Shown here one piece after another: positions 1 to 11,220 of a stretch of DNA of 21,039 bases. Location of the stretch: IMG/VR virus record IMGVR_UViG_3300045988_137034, positions 1 through 21,039 of that record. One strand, written 5' to 3'. Source of the stretch: a virus. Both the position numbers and the translations under genes were made by a program. The notes below the pieces were generated by a model, which worked only from the letters and a program-made list of their open reading frames with translations, did not search any database and was not told the DNA's origin. Each line of letters begins with the position of its first letter. The first letter of the stretch is position 1.

Positions 1-1842
1 ATCTCTAATCCTTTTTAATTCAGACTGTAGATCATTCCAAGCTTTATCTGCATCTTCCTTACGCTTAGCTTCTTCATCAGCTCTAGCTTTATCTCTAATC
101 TTTTTAAGCTCTTCCTGATGCCAAGCTTCTACCTCTTCAATTCCCCTATTATACTTAATAGCTAATGCTAATAGTCTAATATATTCATCTTCAAGTTCAT
201 CTACTGGGTCTTTATCCTCTAATCTCTTTTGAAGCCATTCATCAAATTCATTTATTACCTTCTTAGCTTCAGTAGTGTTCTTTGTAATAGTTGGAATATT
301 AAAGAACCCACCATACTTTTTATTAGTATCTGCTACATCCTCAAATAGCTTTTTAATCCTTTTCTCAATGTCTTTATTTAAATCATCCAACTGTTTATAA
401 GTATTCTCTTTATTTTGCTTTGTATACTCATAAATTGTATTTGAATAATCTTTTCAGAACATTGCTGTAGCTTTAAAAGCCTGCCAAGCTGAAGCTTCCC
501 CAAAATTAGTATCTTCAATCTTATTCTCTAATTCGGTGCGTTTATTTAGATATTCTTCATAAAGTTTGATAGCTGCCTGTTCAATAGCTTGTGCTTTAGC
601 TCTTGCTTCTAAGGCTTCTACATAATTGCCTGTATTATTTACAAAGGCATCTTCAGCAGTCTTTACATCAGTAATATTTAATCCAGTCTCTTTAATCTTA
701 TCTGAATATTGCTCAATGAATTTACGTTTATCATCTGCTGAATCTCCAACACTCTCATATGCTATCTGAAGCTCTTTAAATATAGCAATAGACTTAGAAG
801 AAATTTGATTAGTAGCATCAGTGATAGATTTTCTAAATTCTTCTTGCTCTTTAGCAGCTGTTCTTATAGAAGATACATAATCTATTACCTTATTAATAGC
901 TAATCCAATAGCTGTAGCTAAAGCTATCCATACTGTTACATTACCAATAGTTTTAAGAGCTGTAGTTGCTTTTGAAAATGCTGTAGTTGCCTTAGCAGCT
1001 TGTGAAGTCCCATCTGCCAGCCCTTTCGCAGCATCTGCTTGTTTATTCAATGCGGCTGCAATTGCTGGAGAATTCCTTTTTAATCTCTCTAACTCTTCAC
1101 TGGTGACTTTCATACTGTTAGCAGAATTCTTAACAGTATCATTAAATTTGCCAACTATGGGAATGGTATTAGATACACTCTTATTAGTAGCAGATATTCC
1201 AGCAGGAGTGCCCATTACTCCTTGAATCATACCTCCTTTAAAATTAATATTGGTGCCTTCTAAATCCTTGACTACTTTAGAGATATTACCTAATTCAGTT
1301 CCAACATTACCAACAGATGTGCCAATGCTATTAAGCTTAGATGTATCAATCTGATTAAGGTTTTTGGCAGCATTATTCAATCCTGTATTAAATGGGGAAA
1401 TAAAATCAGTTAATTTCTTAAACCAATTACCTAAAGTGGGTAATTCTTCTAATAAATCTTTTATACCTCCCACACCTTGAACTAAAGCAATAGTAGATTG
1501 TAACTTAACCATTACTTTATTTAAATCTTCTGATTCTTTCCCAAATAAAGTAATAGCAGCAGTTGCAGCACCATATCCACTAGCTAAGCCAGTGGATATT
1601 TTAGCTACACTTTCAAATCTCTGTGCAGTAGTTCTTGAAGATCTTGCTATCTGCTCATTAATTTTATTGAACTCTGATTGTCTTTTACCTAGTAATGCAA
1701 GAGTTTCATTATATTCCTTAGTACCAATCTCTAAATCATTCAGAGAACTAGATAATGCGTCAATATCTTTCTTTAAAGAATTTATTGATTTATTACTTGA
1801 TTTAGTATCAATACTAATTACCTTTTTAATTTCTTCAGCCAT
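1..1842 (-). CDS. Tape-measure-like long coiled-coil virion protein; C-terminus runs off the window start; 1 in-frame TGA (454-456) read as Trp
   Basis: Track ORF 454..1842 ends in TGA. The same frame has no tta/cta/tca triplet from 453 down to base 1 (checked triplet by triplet), giving ...FKATAMF-W-KDYSNTIYEYTKQNKE.... Coiled-coil, Ala/Ser/Gly-rich stretches and a hydrophobic segment IGNVTVWIALATAIGLAINKVI are typical of tape-measure or ejection proteins. The ATG at 1842 lies 2 nt after the upstream TAA. Its position after, not before, the big tail genes is atypical for a tape measure, so the name is tentative. Confidence 0.55.
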
Positions 1843-1844
1843 AT

Positions 1845-4800
1845 TTAAATAGTAATATTTTTAATAGTATCTGCATTTAAAGTAAGTTCTTCCTCATATT
1901 TAACAACACTTGATAATTGTACTTCAAAATGGAATGGAACTCCTTTTTGAACATATAAATAGTACTCTCCAGTTGTTGCATCACAATATGTACTATCTAC
2001 AAAGTTGTCATTATCTACATAGATATAAGGTTGTACATCTAATACTTTACCATCTGCATCTGTTACTTTTCCAGAAAGCTTTACTGATTTAGATGGATCA
2101 GGAGTTTGATAAAAATATACTTGTCCTAATCTTTCATAAATATCAGATTGAGCTACTAAACTTAAATAGAAGTTATCTTCAATATATTTAGGATTTTCAT
2201 TATATTCAATAGTCATAGTACTAATTCCAGGTAATCCTTCCATTGGTGAAATATTTGTAATCTTCAAATTATTATACCAACTAACTTTCCAAGGAACATT
2301 AGATTCTATAGTTACAATTTTACTTCCAGCTTCATACCCTACAGTAACTTCTGGGTCACTTACTTCTATGTATTTACCTAAAGTAGATACTCCTCCTATA
2401 TAATTATTGATGTCTTGAACTCTTATAAATTCACATCTAGTAGTTGCATCAGAATTAATATCATAAGCATCTATCTTATTTAATACCCAATAACTATCTT
2501 CAAAATAGTAAAACTGTCTTAACATATCAAAGTTTACTTGTAAATCATTTAATTTTACAAAACAAGTAACTTTCTTAGTATTAACATCAAATTGATCATT
2601 ATAGAACTCTTTCCAGAATTGAGAATAAATAACACTTTGTTCTGGATATGCAATTTTATCTATATAAATTTCTCTTGGTAATCCAAAATCCCAACTAGAT
2701 ATTACATAATTACTTGATATATTATATCTTATGAATTGTGGTAAAGAGGTTCTTTTAATTGCAATCTTAGCACCAGCTTCATTAGTTTCTCTAGTAGTAT
2801 ATAAATAGCAAGGTTCAGAATCATTTAATACAGACATTTCTGTAACATCATCAGTAATCCAATATGTAATAGGATTGCCATCAATATCTTTCATCTCTAC
2901 ATTGCCATTATAAAATAGTAATGTCGATTTAATTTCTTCTAAACTTTGCTCATCATTATCTAATGAATAGAAACAAGTCTTTGCAAATATATCATTACCA
3001 GGAACATCCCACCACTCTGTAGTCTTAGATGAATCAATGAAATTTACTCCATAAAGATCCTGATCGTTTGTTTTTCTTTCAGTAGACGTAGAATGGAATA
3101 ATTGATAAGTAATATTATCATTTAAGAAGCAAGGAACAGGTGAACTTGAACTATTAAAATAGTTTCTATAATACTTATCTACATCTCTTGCAGATATTAC
3201 ATTTTCATATAAGTTATCTGAGTATAAATCTGTATTATCACTATTAAAATTATATCCTGTATCTAATCTCTGTTGCCCATAAGTTATATCATACTGTTTA
3301 TTATATTTCTTTGCATAATACGTCTCAGGAGCTTCTTGTTTCATAGTATATCACTTCTTATCAAATAATAATGGATTAACTGAAAAATCTTTTGAATAAT
3401 CAATTCGTTTAGACCAATCTGTTATCTTATTTTTAAAGAAGTTGTTTCTGGTAAATATTCTAATAGTTTTGGAATCTATATCTTTAATAAAATATAATCC
3501 AAACATTTTAGCATAGCTAAGTAAATAATCCGCAGGTGTAGATTCTGTCTTTAAAAGCTTCTGCTTAGTAATAAGAGCATCAGATGTTACAGCCGATGGC
3601 CAACTTGCAATTAATGTATATTGATCTGAATCATATAAAAATTCAGACCATCCTGCTACTCTTGATGCAGTAACATTATTTGGGTTCATATTATCTGAAA
3701 TCCATAAAGCATCTTGATTATAGAGACTTTCTGTTCTTCTGGCAAATTGAATTGACACCCTTATCTTATTTACTTTTGGCATATCTTTAACCACAAATCT
3801 AAAGGTATTGCTTCCAGTATCACTTTTAAAATAGTACCTCTGCCCACTATCTTTAACAAAATGGCCATAAATAGCCTCAACAGGAGCATCAGTAAGAGGA
3901 TAATAATTAAACCAAGTAGATGGTCCAGCTTGAACTTGAGTATTAATCTTATTTGTAAAGTTATATAATGGAGAATAAGCTATAGGTCTAGATGGAACAG
4001 ATTCATCATCTGCATCATATACAAGTATCTGAACAGTTAAAGATGTTCTATATGGATCATTATGATACTCAATATTTCCCATTTTTCCATTGCGTACATA
4101 GGATAAATAAAGATTATTTGCAGAGGAACTAGCATTAGCATTAAAGAATACCTGAAAGTCCATTGAGATGTTTACTAAAGTATTAGCAGGCGTTGCAGAT
4201 AAATCAATAATATTTCCTTCTCCAGGAACTATCACCTCACTGCCATCAACAGAAGTATACCCTCAATTATATGAGGTTGTTGTTCCTCCAGGTTTTAATC
4301 CTACTCACCAGTTATCTGCTCCATATTTAATAAGCTTTGCATTCTCTTTAATAGAATCTGATTCTTCATCTTCACTACTTCCAAGTAATGGAAGAGCTAC
4401 AAATGATTTACTCCAATAAGGATTTGCATAATTAAAGAAGTAATCATCAAATATTACATCATATCCAGAATTCTCTTTTCTACAAATAGTTTCTATAAGC
4501 TTAGAAAGTTTTAACACTGGTCTTTGCATATAACTGCGTAAGTCTCTTATTTCCCATTCTGTATAAGCTCTATTTAATTGTGCTAAAGCATAACCATTAT
4601 ATGGAGTATATGTTGTTCCTCCATCGCTTGCAGATTTGGGAAATAGAGTGTCTCCTGCTGTATTTATTAAACAAGTTTCATTGTCAAAATTCTCATATAA
4701 ACCATTATATGCAGGAATAAATCCAACAAAGCTATCTAATGTAGTAAAGTCGCTATTCCAATAATTATTAAATGATTTATTTACAAAATCTTTATTAATA

Positions 4801-5294
4801 TAAAAATCCATTTCAGTATCAGCAGGTAAAACATTACCTTCCTCATCTGTAATAAAGTATTGTAAATCAGCAAGAGTTCTTAATGATCCATCTTCTTTAT
4901 ATTTAAGTCCATAGAAGAAATCTCCTAATCCTCCATATAAAGTAATATTATAAGTAATAACAGCTTGTTTTATAGATATACTATTTAATTGCATATATCC
5001 AGATTCAACTAAATAGTCATTATTATAGATTCCAAAATCAACTCGTTTTGAAGGATCAAAATATACTCCAGAGAAATTACCTTCTTTTATATGGAGAAAT
5101 CTATCTAACTTATAAATCTCTCCAAAAATCTTATTATTATTTTTGTCTCCTGGAATGCTTATAGTCTTACTGAATGAATTTTTTACTATTGTTGGATTCT
5201 GAAAATCTTCTACAGTATAAGTCATTGGTAATGATATGCCTTCAGAACAATGTACTTCTTTTCCTGCAATAAATAATTTAATATTCTTTCTCAT
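1845..5294 (-). CDS. Very large tail/baseplate-type structural protein (1149 codons) reconstituted from three standard-code ORFs via TGA=Trp
   Basis: Track ORFs 4305..5294, 3351..4235 and 1845..3344 share one frame. The junctions are single TGAs at 4305-4307, 4263-4265 and 3351-3353, with bridging peptides W-VGLKPGGTTTSYN-W-GYTSVDGSEV... and ...LLFDKK-W-YT-MKQEAP.... The first TAA/TAG in frame is TAA at 1845-1847. Size and position in the virion module suggest a tail fiber or baseplate role; the family is not recognised. Alternative model: if TGA 3351 terminates some of the time, there are two products, 3351..5294 and 1845..3344. Confidence 0.6.
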
Positions 5295-5296
5295 AA

Positions 5297-7477
5297 TTAT
5301 TTACGATAAGTATCTTGAGAAGTTTCTACATTAATTGTATAGTAGAACTTATTCTTACCTTGATTAGTATAAGTTTTATATTCACAATTTGTATCTGTAA
5401 TTAATACTGGAGTAATAGTATTATCTTTAAGATTATGCAAATATACTTTAGTACTCTCAATTAAATTAAACATCTTAGAAGCTTGAATATCATTTAAATA
5501 ACCAGTATAAAGAATCCAGCTTGAAGTTATAGTATTTAAATACTTATTCCTTGCAAATTCTTGAGATGTATTTAATACTTTGCGAGTATATGTTTCAGAT
5601 TTAATTTCATCAGTCTTTCTAACATTACCCTCAACAAGTAATGAATCCCATCCTCCTGCTGAATTAGTATAATATAATACATAATCTTTACCTGTGGTAT
5701 CTATATCATATCTAATCTGTCTATCACTAATATTTCCACCTTCTACAAATCCTACTATTAAATAGCTCCCACAAGGCCATAGTTTATTGCTTAAATCTTC
5801 TGTATATGTATATCCATTAATTCCAGAATTTAAACTAATATCTATAGCAGTTGATGTTCCATCTACATAAAAAAATCTATTAACAACTCCCGTTCCAGTT
5901 GGTAAAATTCAACTTGCTACTAAATATTGTCTTGGATCAACTAAACCAGTAATAGGATCACTTAACATAGTACCTTTAGTCAAATCTCTATCTTTATAAC
6001 TCCAGTCATTGAAGAAAGTAATTGGTTTTTCATTTCCACTAGATGTTATCAAAGTAAATGGTTTCAAATATTCTGGAGATACTATTGTTTTTGAAGTATT
6101 AAATATAATTCCATTAGATAGATAATTCTCAGCAACATTATTTAATAAAAACTCTACTCTATCAGTTTCAGGATATTTATAAGCCTTGCCAGCATAAACC
6201 ATATCTCCTGCATAATCTAGATGATATTCAATAAAATCTGAACTGATTATCTCATTCCAAACATAATCTTTCCAAATAGGAGATATATCAGATTTAACAG
6301 ATTGTGTAATATTAATAGATAAATTAATAATACTTGAACTATTCTTTATAACAGATACTCCAATAGTTGCTTGTCTAGAAGATAAACCTGAATTTTCTGC
6401 AATGTTCAAACTAATAGTTGCTACACCTTGAGGATTCACAGAGAACTTCTGACCACTAATCCAACCTACAGGAATGCTAAATACAACATCATCTAAGTTG
6501 TTTGAGCCTGTACCAGTTATATTTAATGTAGATGCAGTTCAACTTACTTCATAATTAGTATTAGGAATCATTAAAGATGTTGCAGCTTGTTTAATTGGAA
6601 CTGTAGCTTCAAGATTATAACCTCCAGAAGTTGTTGCAGTAACCATTGCACTAAACTCTAAATTATTAGTAGTTTTATTCTCTGGAACAGCTAATACAAA
6701 ATAGTTATCAACAATATCCTTTTTAATATTACTAGCTTGAGGGCAGGTAACATTAAATGAGGTAATTGTTTCTTCTGCTTTAGTTGTACTTAAATGGAAT
6801 TCTTCAGTAACAAAAGCAGATGCTCCATAAGTTCCAGATGAAGGAGTTACTACTAGCTTTAAATCTTCTGGAGTATTACTTTTTTCAATAGTAAAGCCAT
6901 AACTATAAGAAATAAACTTATTAGTTTCATAATAAGCTCCTAATTGGATAGTTCCAGTTAAATCTGTATTCCATTGAGTATTAGCTCTTACTGTGAATTT
7001 AAACTTAATAGAGCAAGAATCCCAATCCAGAACTTCCATATTAACTAAAGCTGTAGCATTAACAACTGCTGCATCTCATTTAATAATATCTGATCTATTT
7101 AATATATACTCTACTGTATATTCTCCACCAGTATTTGGTACTTTAATGGTGCCATTAGCAGGATAATATCCAGGAGCTTTACTATGTAAATTAATTGGTA
7201 AATCTTCCCCTAATAAAGCAGTAGTAATACCTCTAGGATAAAAATGAAATACAGTAGAAGAATCAGTAGTTATTGTTGTAGGAGATAAAAATTGTATTGT
7301 ACATCCTTCTTTACTTGGATCCTGTATAGTTACATTTAAAGGCCCTTCTTCAGTATAATCATCTCCCCAAGTCCAATAATCATATTCTCCAGTAATTCCC
7401 CATCCAGGATTATTCCATTTAACAGGAAAACTCCTTGATGCATTATATATTCCTAATTTACTTGGTATAAATGCCAT
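5297..7477 (-). CDS. Large tail/surface protein (726 codons) with Ig-like/BACON-like beta-sandwich repeats; 3 in-frame TGA
   Basis: Track ORFs 7076..7477, 6539..7039 and 5909..6439, plus an untracked segment 5297..5908, share one frame. They are joined by TGAs at 7076-7078, 6539-6541 and 5909-5911 (...SDIIK-W-DAAVVNATALVNMEVLDW..., ...NYEVS-W-TASTLNITGTG..., ...YLVAS-W-ILPTGTGVVNRFFYVDG...). The gene ends ...YRK-TAA at 5297-5299. Strings such as SIKFKFTVRANTQWNTD and ATISLNIAENSGLSSRQATIGV resemble BACON/Ig-like repeat signatures (recollection only, not searched). Confidence 0.65.
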
Positions 7478-7479
7478 TT

Positions 7480-7968
7480 TTAAAAGTTTTTAAATAAATA
7501 ATAATCTACTTGTCCTTGTAAGTCTTTAGTTATAGCATCATCAAGAAGTTCCATATAGTTGTTCTCTATATATTCTATAGTATTAGCAAGTGGATGTTTT
7601 CCTTGAGTTCCTTGAAGATGTATCTTTCTTCCAATTAAATATGCAAGTTGATCTACAGTAGGTAACTTGCCATTATAAGGTCTTGGAATTACTGGCTTAG
7701 TTTTAATCCAACTCTTTATATCAGATAATGGAGGAAATTTACCAGCAGCTCTGCCTTCTTCAACATATTCTCAATAATCTAATAAGCTAAAATTAACCTC
7801 ATAGTCTCCATCCTGAGTCTCAACTATATAGTTTAAACTATTACCTAATGCTCCAGTGTCATCAGATCTGGTTTTAACTAATTCCTGTCTATAAAGAGAA
7901 ATTATAAGATCTCCTCACTTCCTTAATAGCTCACTTAAATTTGAGAACTTTAATTCTTGAATATTCAT
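7480..7968 (-). CDS. HK97 gp10-like / neck-tail joining family candidate (162 aa); absent from the standard-code ORF track because of 2 in-frame TGA
   Basis: From ATG 7968..7966 to TAA 7482..7480, every triplet was checked. TGAs at 7915-7917 and 7771-7773. Translation: MNIQELKFSNLSELLRK-W-GDLIISLYRQELVKTRSDDTGALGNSLNYIVETQDGDYEVNFSLLDY-W-EYVEEGRAAGKFPPLSDIKSWIKTKPV.... The Y-x-EYVEEG-R pattern resembles the gp10-family YAxYVExG motif. It is the first gene after the terminator at 8009-8035. Confidence 0.5.
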
Positions 7969-8008
7969 TTTTGTTAAAATATATTATTTTATATATTAGT
8001 AGCTAATG

Positions 8009-8035
8009 AAAATAGGGAGGTTTACTCCCTATTTT
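8009..8035. terminator. Bidirectional intrinsic terminator hairpin (11-bp stem, 5-nt loop, A-tract/T-tract flanks)
   Basis: AAAATAGGGAG-gttta-CTCCCTATTTT: perfect inverted arms at 8009-8019 and 8025-8035. It lies about 200 nt downstream of the 8233..8874 gene and just upstream of the structural operon start at 7968. Confidence 0.7.
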
Positions 8036-8232
8036 ATATGTAACTTTTTTATATTATCTTAGTACCAAATATGAGTAAAAAGGTTACAGTTAATGTTTTC
8101 TTTTTCATTCTTCAATCTGTCTATTTTCTTCATTAGCTTTATCTATAACATAGCATATAAGATTCAGGAACTCTTTAATCTGCATATCATATATCTGATG
8201 TCAATTAAATCTGGTAACTTCACTAACTCTGT

Positions 8233-8874
8233 CTATTCAGATAATTCAGCTTCATTTTTGAGTAAAAGGATTAATCGTCTCGTCTGTATTAAGCTCTTCA
8301 GAAGTTTCCTCCTTTCCAGTTTGTCCTTGGTTTTCCTTAGTCTCTTCTTCATCTCCCTTTCCGAAGAGTGTAGGGTACTCAGCGTTGATACTTGCAATAA
8401 GTTTACAAAAAAAAACATTATGTCTGAAAATATATCTATTGTTAGATGAGTATTTAAGAATTCTGCCTCATCAATAGGGTCATAATCTTCTCCATACTTC
8501 TTTCCATTAGGTAGTAAGAAACAAGCTGCTAGATTAGGCATAAAATCATCATACTGCTTATAAAAATTCTGAAAGTCAATATATTGACTGGCCGTCATCT
8601 TATTAACATTAAAAAAGACTTTATATTCTTTATTTCCAATATTATAAGTAGTTTCTGGAGTTTTTGGCTTATAGGGGGTCTCTATAAATTTAAGATTATT
8701 TATAAACTCTTGTAGCTTGTTTACTTCCATATTAGTTATATCTTCTATAGGTATATCACTAAGTACAGATACCATAGCTAAATTCATATCTAATTCATTT
8801 TCCCAGTCTTTTCGTATTATCTCAAACAGTCTTTTATAATGAGATAAATCCATTTCATTCCAATTCTTTATCAT
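8233..8874 (-). CDS. Hypothetical protein (213 aa) translationally coupled to the large terminase
   Basis: Intact standard ORF ending in TAG. Its ATG (8874..8872) overlaps the terL TAA (8876..8874) as TAATG. Basic helical C-terminus (KKRLRKTKDKLERRKLLKSL). No family recognised. Confidence 0.6.
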   Translation of the reverse strand: MIKNWNEMDLSHYKRLFEIIRKDWENELDMNLAMVSVLSDIPIEDITNMEVNKLQEFINNLKFIETPYKPKTPETTYNIGNKEYKVFFNVNKMTASQYIDFQNFYKQYDDFMPNLAACFLLPNGKKYGEDYDPIDEAEFLNTHLTIDIFSDIMFFFVNLLQVSTLSTLHSSEREMKKRLRKTKDKLERRKLLKSLIQTRRLILLLKNEAELSE

Positions 8875-10121
8875 TATTTAATTGCAATATTATAAGTTCC
8901 TTTATTTGTATTTAAAGCATCATAAGCTAACATTAAAGATATACAAGTATCATCATTAAAGCCAGATGGAGCATTATATGATACATTTCCAGTCTTTGGA
9001 TTATAACTGGCTTCATATAGTCTTAATTCATTTAATAGTTTATCATCCTTTAAAATACCAATCTTTTCGTTTTCTAATGCCGCTTGTAGCTTATTTACAA
9101 TAGCTGCCTTAGACTTATTAGTAGTTAAGAATCTTATAATCCTGATTTTTAGATTCTTCCGAACTAACATATCATAAAACACTGAACCTATTGAGTTTTG
9201 TTCGACTTGAACTATCTTTATAAATCCCTGATACTCAGTAAATATATTTGTCAGTAAATCAACTTGTTCTGTTGGAGTTTTGTCGTTAAAATACTTTATA
9301 AAGACCATCTGCCCATTTTCATTTAAAGCTGTAATACAAGTATAGTCTTTACCAGAACCAGTAGCCCAGTCAACTCCAATATAGAGATTATGATATTCAG
9401 GTTTTTTATCAATTATACAGTTAGCTATATTATTAAATAGGCAACCATCATCATCTGCAAACTCTCCAAGATATTCAGTTCTAAATTTATTTTTGGAGGT
9501 TGTAAGGCGATACATTTCAAGTTTATCCTCACTTAACAGCATAGAAGTATCTTCTAATGCTCAATCAAAGGATTGATAATATTTACTAAAATTACCATCA
9601 AAGCCCTTTTTAAAGCATTCATAAAAGAATCCTTCTCTAAACCTTGGAGTACTAATTATAAGTATCGGAGCATTCCATACATCAGTGGTAGGCTTAATAA
9701 TTTCAAATACTTCATCTTTAAGATAAGCTGCCTCATCAAGTACTAATAATCCACTGACTGAGAATCCTCGTAATGAATCCATTTGTTCTCCAGATCTAAA
9801 TAGTATAGAACTGCCATTATTAAACTCTAATTCTAATAAGGTTTCATTCTTTCTCTTTAATATATCAGAGTCTATAACAGCTTGTACAAGTTCTTTAAAT
9901 ACCTTTCTAGATTGTCCAAGAGTTGGTTCAACTATACAATTAACACTCCCAGGATAATTTATAGCGAATCTCAATAATTCATTTTCTGCCAAGAACGATT
10001 TACCTACCTGTCTCTTTGCTTTAATTGTAAAGATTTTACCAGACCTATATGAGTCATTCATAGCAGTATGTACCTTTAATTGATAGATAAATGGGCTATA
10101 TCCTTTATATATTTTTGTCAT
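8874..10121 (-). CDS. terL: Terminase large subunit, reconstituted across one in-frame TGA (9561-9563)
   Basis: Track ORFs 9561..10157 and 8874..9542 are in frame: ...KYYQSFD-W-ALEDTS-MLLSEDKLEMY.... Walker A AKRQVGKS, Walker B LLVLDEAA, and nuclease-domain acidic motifs IGVDWATGSGKDY and FNDDTCISL. The start is taken at MTKIYKGY (10121, 17-nt overlap with terS); ATG 10157 is the alternative. Confidence 0.85.
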
Positions 10122-10557
10122 TGTTAATTGGATCTCCAAATTTAAACTGGACTTCATTATTCTGAATAGCTACAATAGTCTCAGGTTGATTTAATCCAAA
10201 CATACTATTTATAGTCTTAATAATCTCATTTGCAGCTCTAATATCTCCCTTACTAATAGCAGTATCCAGTAATGATTCCAATCTTGATAATTGTATATGT
10301 CTAAGGTTTTTTATAAGGTTATCATTCTTTTCAGCAATTATCTTATAAGCTTCTCCAATATATCTTGCAGCTGTTGATTGGCTTACATTATATTTACTTT
10401 GAAGTTCTTCACTTACTTTATTCCTTGACCATCCTTTGTTAAATAACCTTGCAGCATAAAGATATTTAGTCTTTACTTCGTCTATTTGTTCCTTTTCTAC
10501 CTCTGCCTTTTTCGGTCTCCCTGTTTTCTTCGGCAGTTCCTGATTCTTTACTTTCAT
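10105..10557 (-). CDS. terS: Terminase small subunit candidate (HTH DNA-binding protein directly upstream of terL)
   Basis: 150 aa. Basic N-terminus (KKTGRPKK), HTH-like WSRNKVSEELQSKYNVSQSTAARYIGEAY, helical oligomerisation-like C-terminal part. Overlaps the terL start. Confidence 0.6.
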   Translation of the reverse strand: MKVKNQELPKKTGRPKKAEVEKEQIDEVKTKYLYAARLFNKGWSRNKVSEELQSKYNVSQSTAARYIGEAYKIIAEKNDNLIKNLRHIQLSRLESLLDTAISKGDIRAANEIIKTINSMFGLNQPETIVAIQNNEVQFKFGDPINNDKNI

Positions 10558-10801
10558 TTTCCTTTAGTTTTTCTTGATATTCAAAATAGATTGGGGCAAT
10601 CCTCTTTATAAGATTAAGTATACAAGTAGCACAAGCTACGCTCATTCTATATTCTTGTTCAATTAAACATTCATAAATCTCTTTAAGCTTAATTACATCC
10701 TGCTTTTGTACATTTCTGCAATAATTAGACTTAGTTGCAGTTACAAATCTATCTTCAAATCCTCTTAAATATTTAAACTGCTCTTCTGTTAATTGTTTCA
10801 T
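10466..10801 (-). CDS. Hypothetical Cys-containing small protein (111 aa); its 3' 92 nt overlap terS in another frame
   Basis: Intact ORF ending in TAA at 10466-10468. The C-terminal tail ENESKESGTAEENRETEKGRGRKGTNRRSKD is the alternate frame of the purine-rich terS 5' end, so the functional 3' end is uncertain. Confidence 0.45.
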   Translation of the reverse strand: MKQLTEEQFKYLRGFEDRFVTATKSNYCRNVQKQDVIKLKEIYECLIEQEYRMSVACATCILNLIKRIAPIYFEYQEKLKENESKESGTAEENRETEKGRGRKGTNRRSKD

Positions 10802-10890
10802 AATTAGCGCTTTTTAGTATAAGTAAATATAGAAATTAACTTTCCATTCTTGTAATGATAAATAACTTCTGTTTCCATAAAATATAATTT

Positions 10891-11220
10891 TTAATTAATA
10901 AGTTTGTATATAACATCTATCAACTTAGTAGATGCATCTTTTAATAATATCATAATATCTTTAATAATTGGAGTCATAAATGCTAATAATGCAATATATC
11001 CAACCATTAAAATTGAAAATTGACTTGTAATAAGAATATATAGTAATCCAATTCACCAAGTCATACACAAACTGCAATCTAAAGGTTTGAGTCTTCAATC
11101 TTCTTTATATGGTATACCTTTAAATAGCATTTTTCAAATACTATGTTTAAAACTATCTAAAGCTCCAGATAAATCAATTATAAAAACTATTATTGCAGTT
11201 ATTATAAATAATTCTAACAT
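10891..11220 (-). CDS. Small multi-pass membrane protein (109 aa) with a C-x-x-C...WW motif; 3 in-frame TGA
   Basis: From ATG 11220..11218 to TAA 10893..10891, every triplet was checked. TGAs at 11134-11136, 11095-11097 and 11053-11055. Translation: MLELFIITAIIVFIIDLSGALDSFKHSI-W-KMLFKGIPYKED-W-RLKPLDCSLCMTW-W-IGLLYILITSQFSILMVGYIALLAFMTPI.... It resembles the KP-x-x-C-x-x-C-x-x-W membrane family (DUF1360-like, recollection only). Confidence 0.55.

Noticed and set aside
8059-8235. Possible TAG readthrough extending the 213-aa protein. The frame after TAG 8233-8235 stays open for 57 codons, interrupted only by a second TAG (8143-8145) and one TGA, until TAA 8059-8061
   Set aside because: TAG cleanly terminates at least six other genes here (11214, 11684, 12385, 16401, 18234, 19807), each at a point where the next gene begins. 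An open stretch of this length is only mildly unlikely by chance. No recognisable sequence is gained.
9543-9563. Intron or intein splitting terL, and similarly the tail genes and endolysin
   Set aside because: The gaps between fragments are 0-60 nt, in frame, and translate into sensible linker peptides. There is no room for a group I intron or intein, and the endonuclease genes lie between genes, not within them.
10804-10878. 24-codon minus-strand ORF (METEVIYHYKNGKLISIFTYTKKR) neatly filling the gap between 10891..11220 and 10466..10801
   Set aside because: It is too short to support from sequence alone. It is noted only because its spacing (13 nt after the upstream TAA, stop 2 nt before the next ATG) is gene-like.
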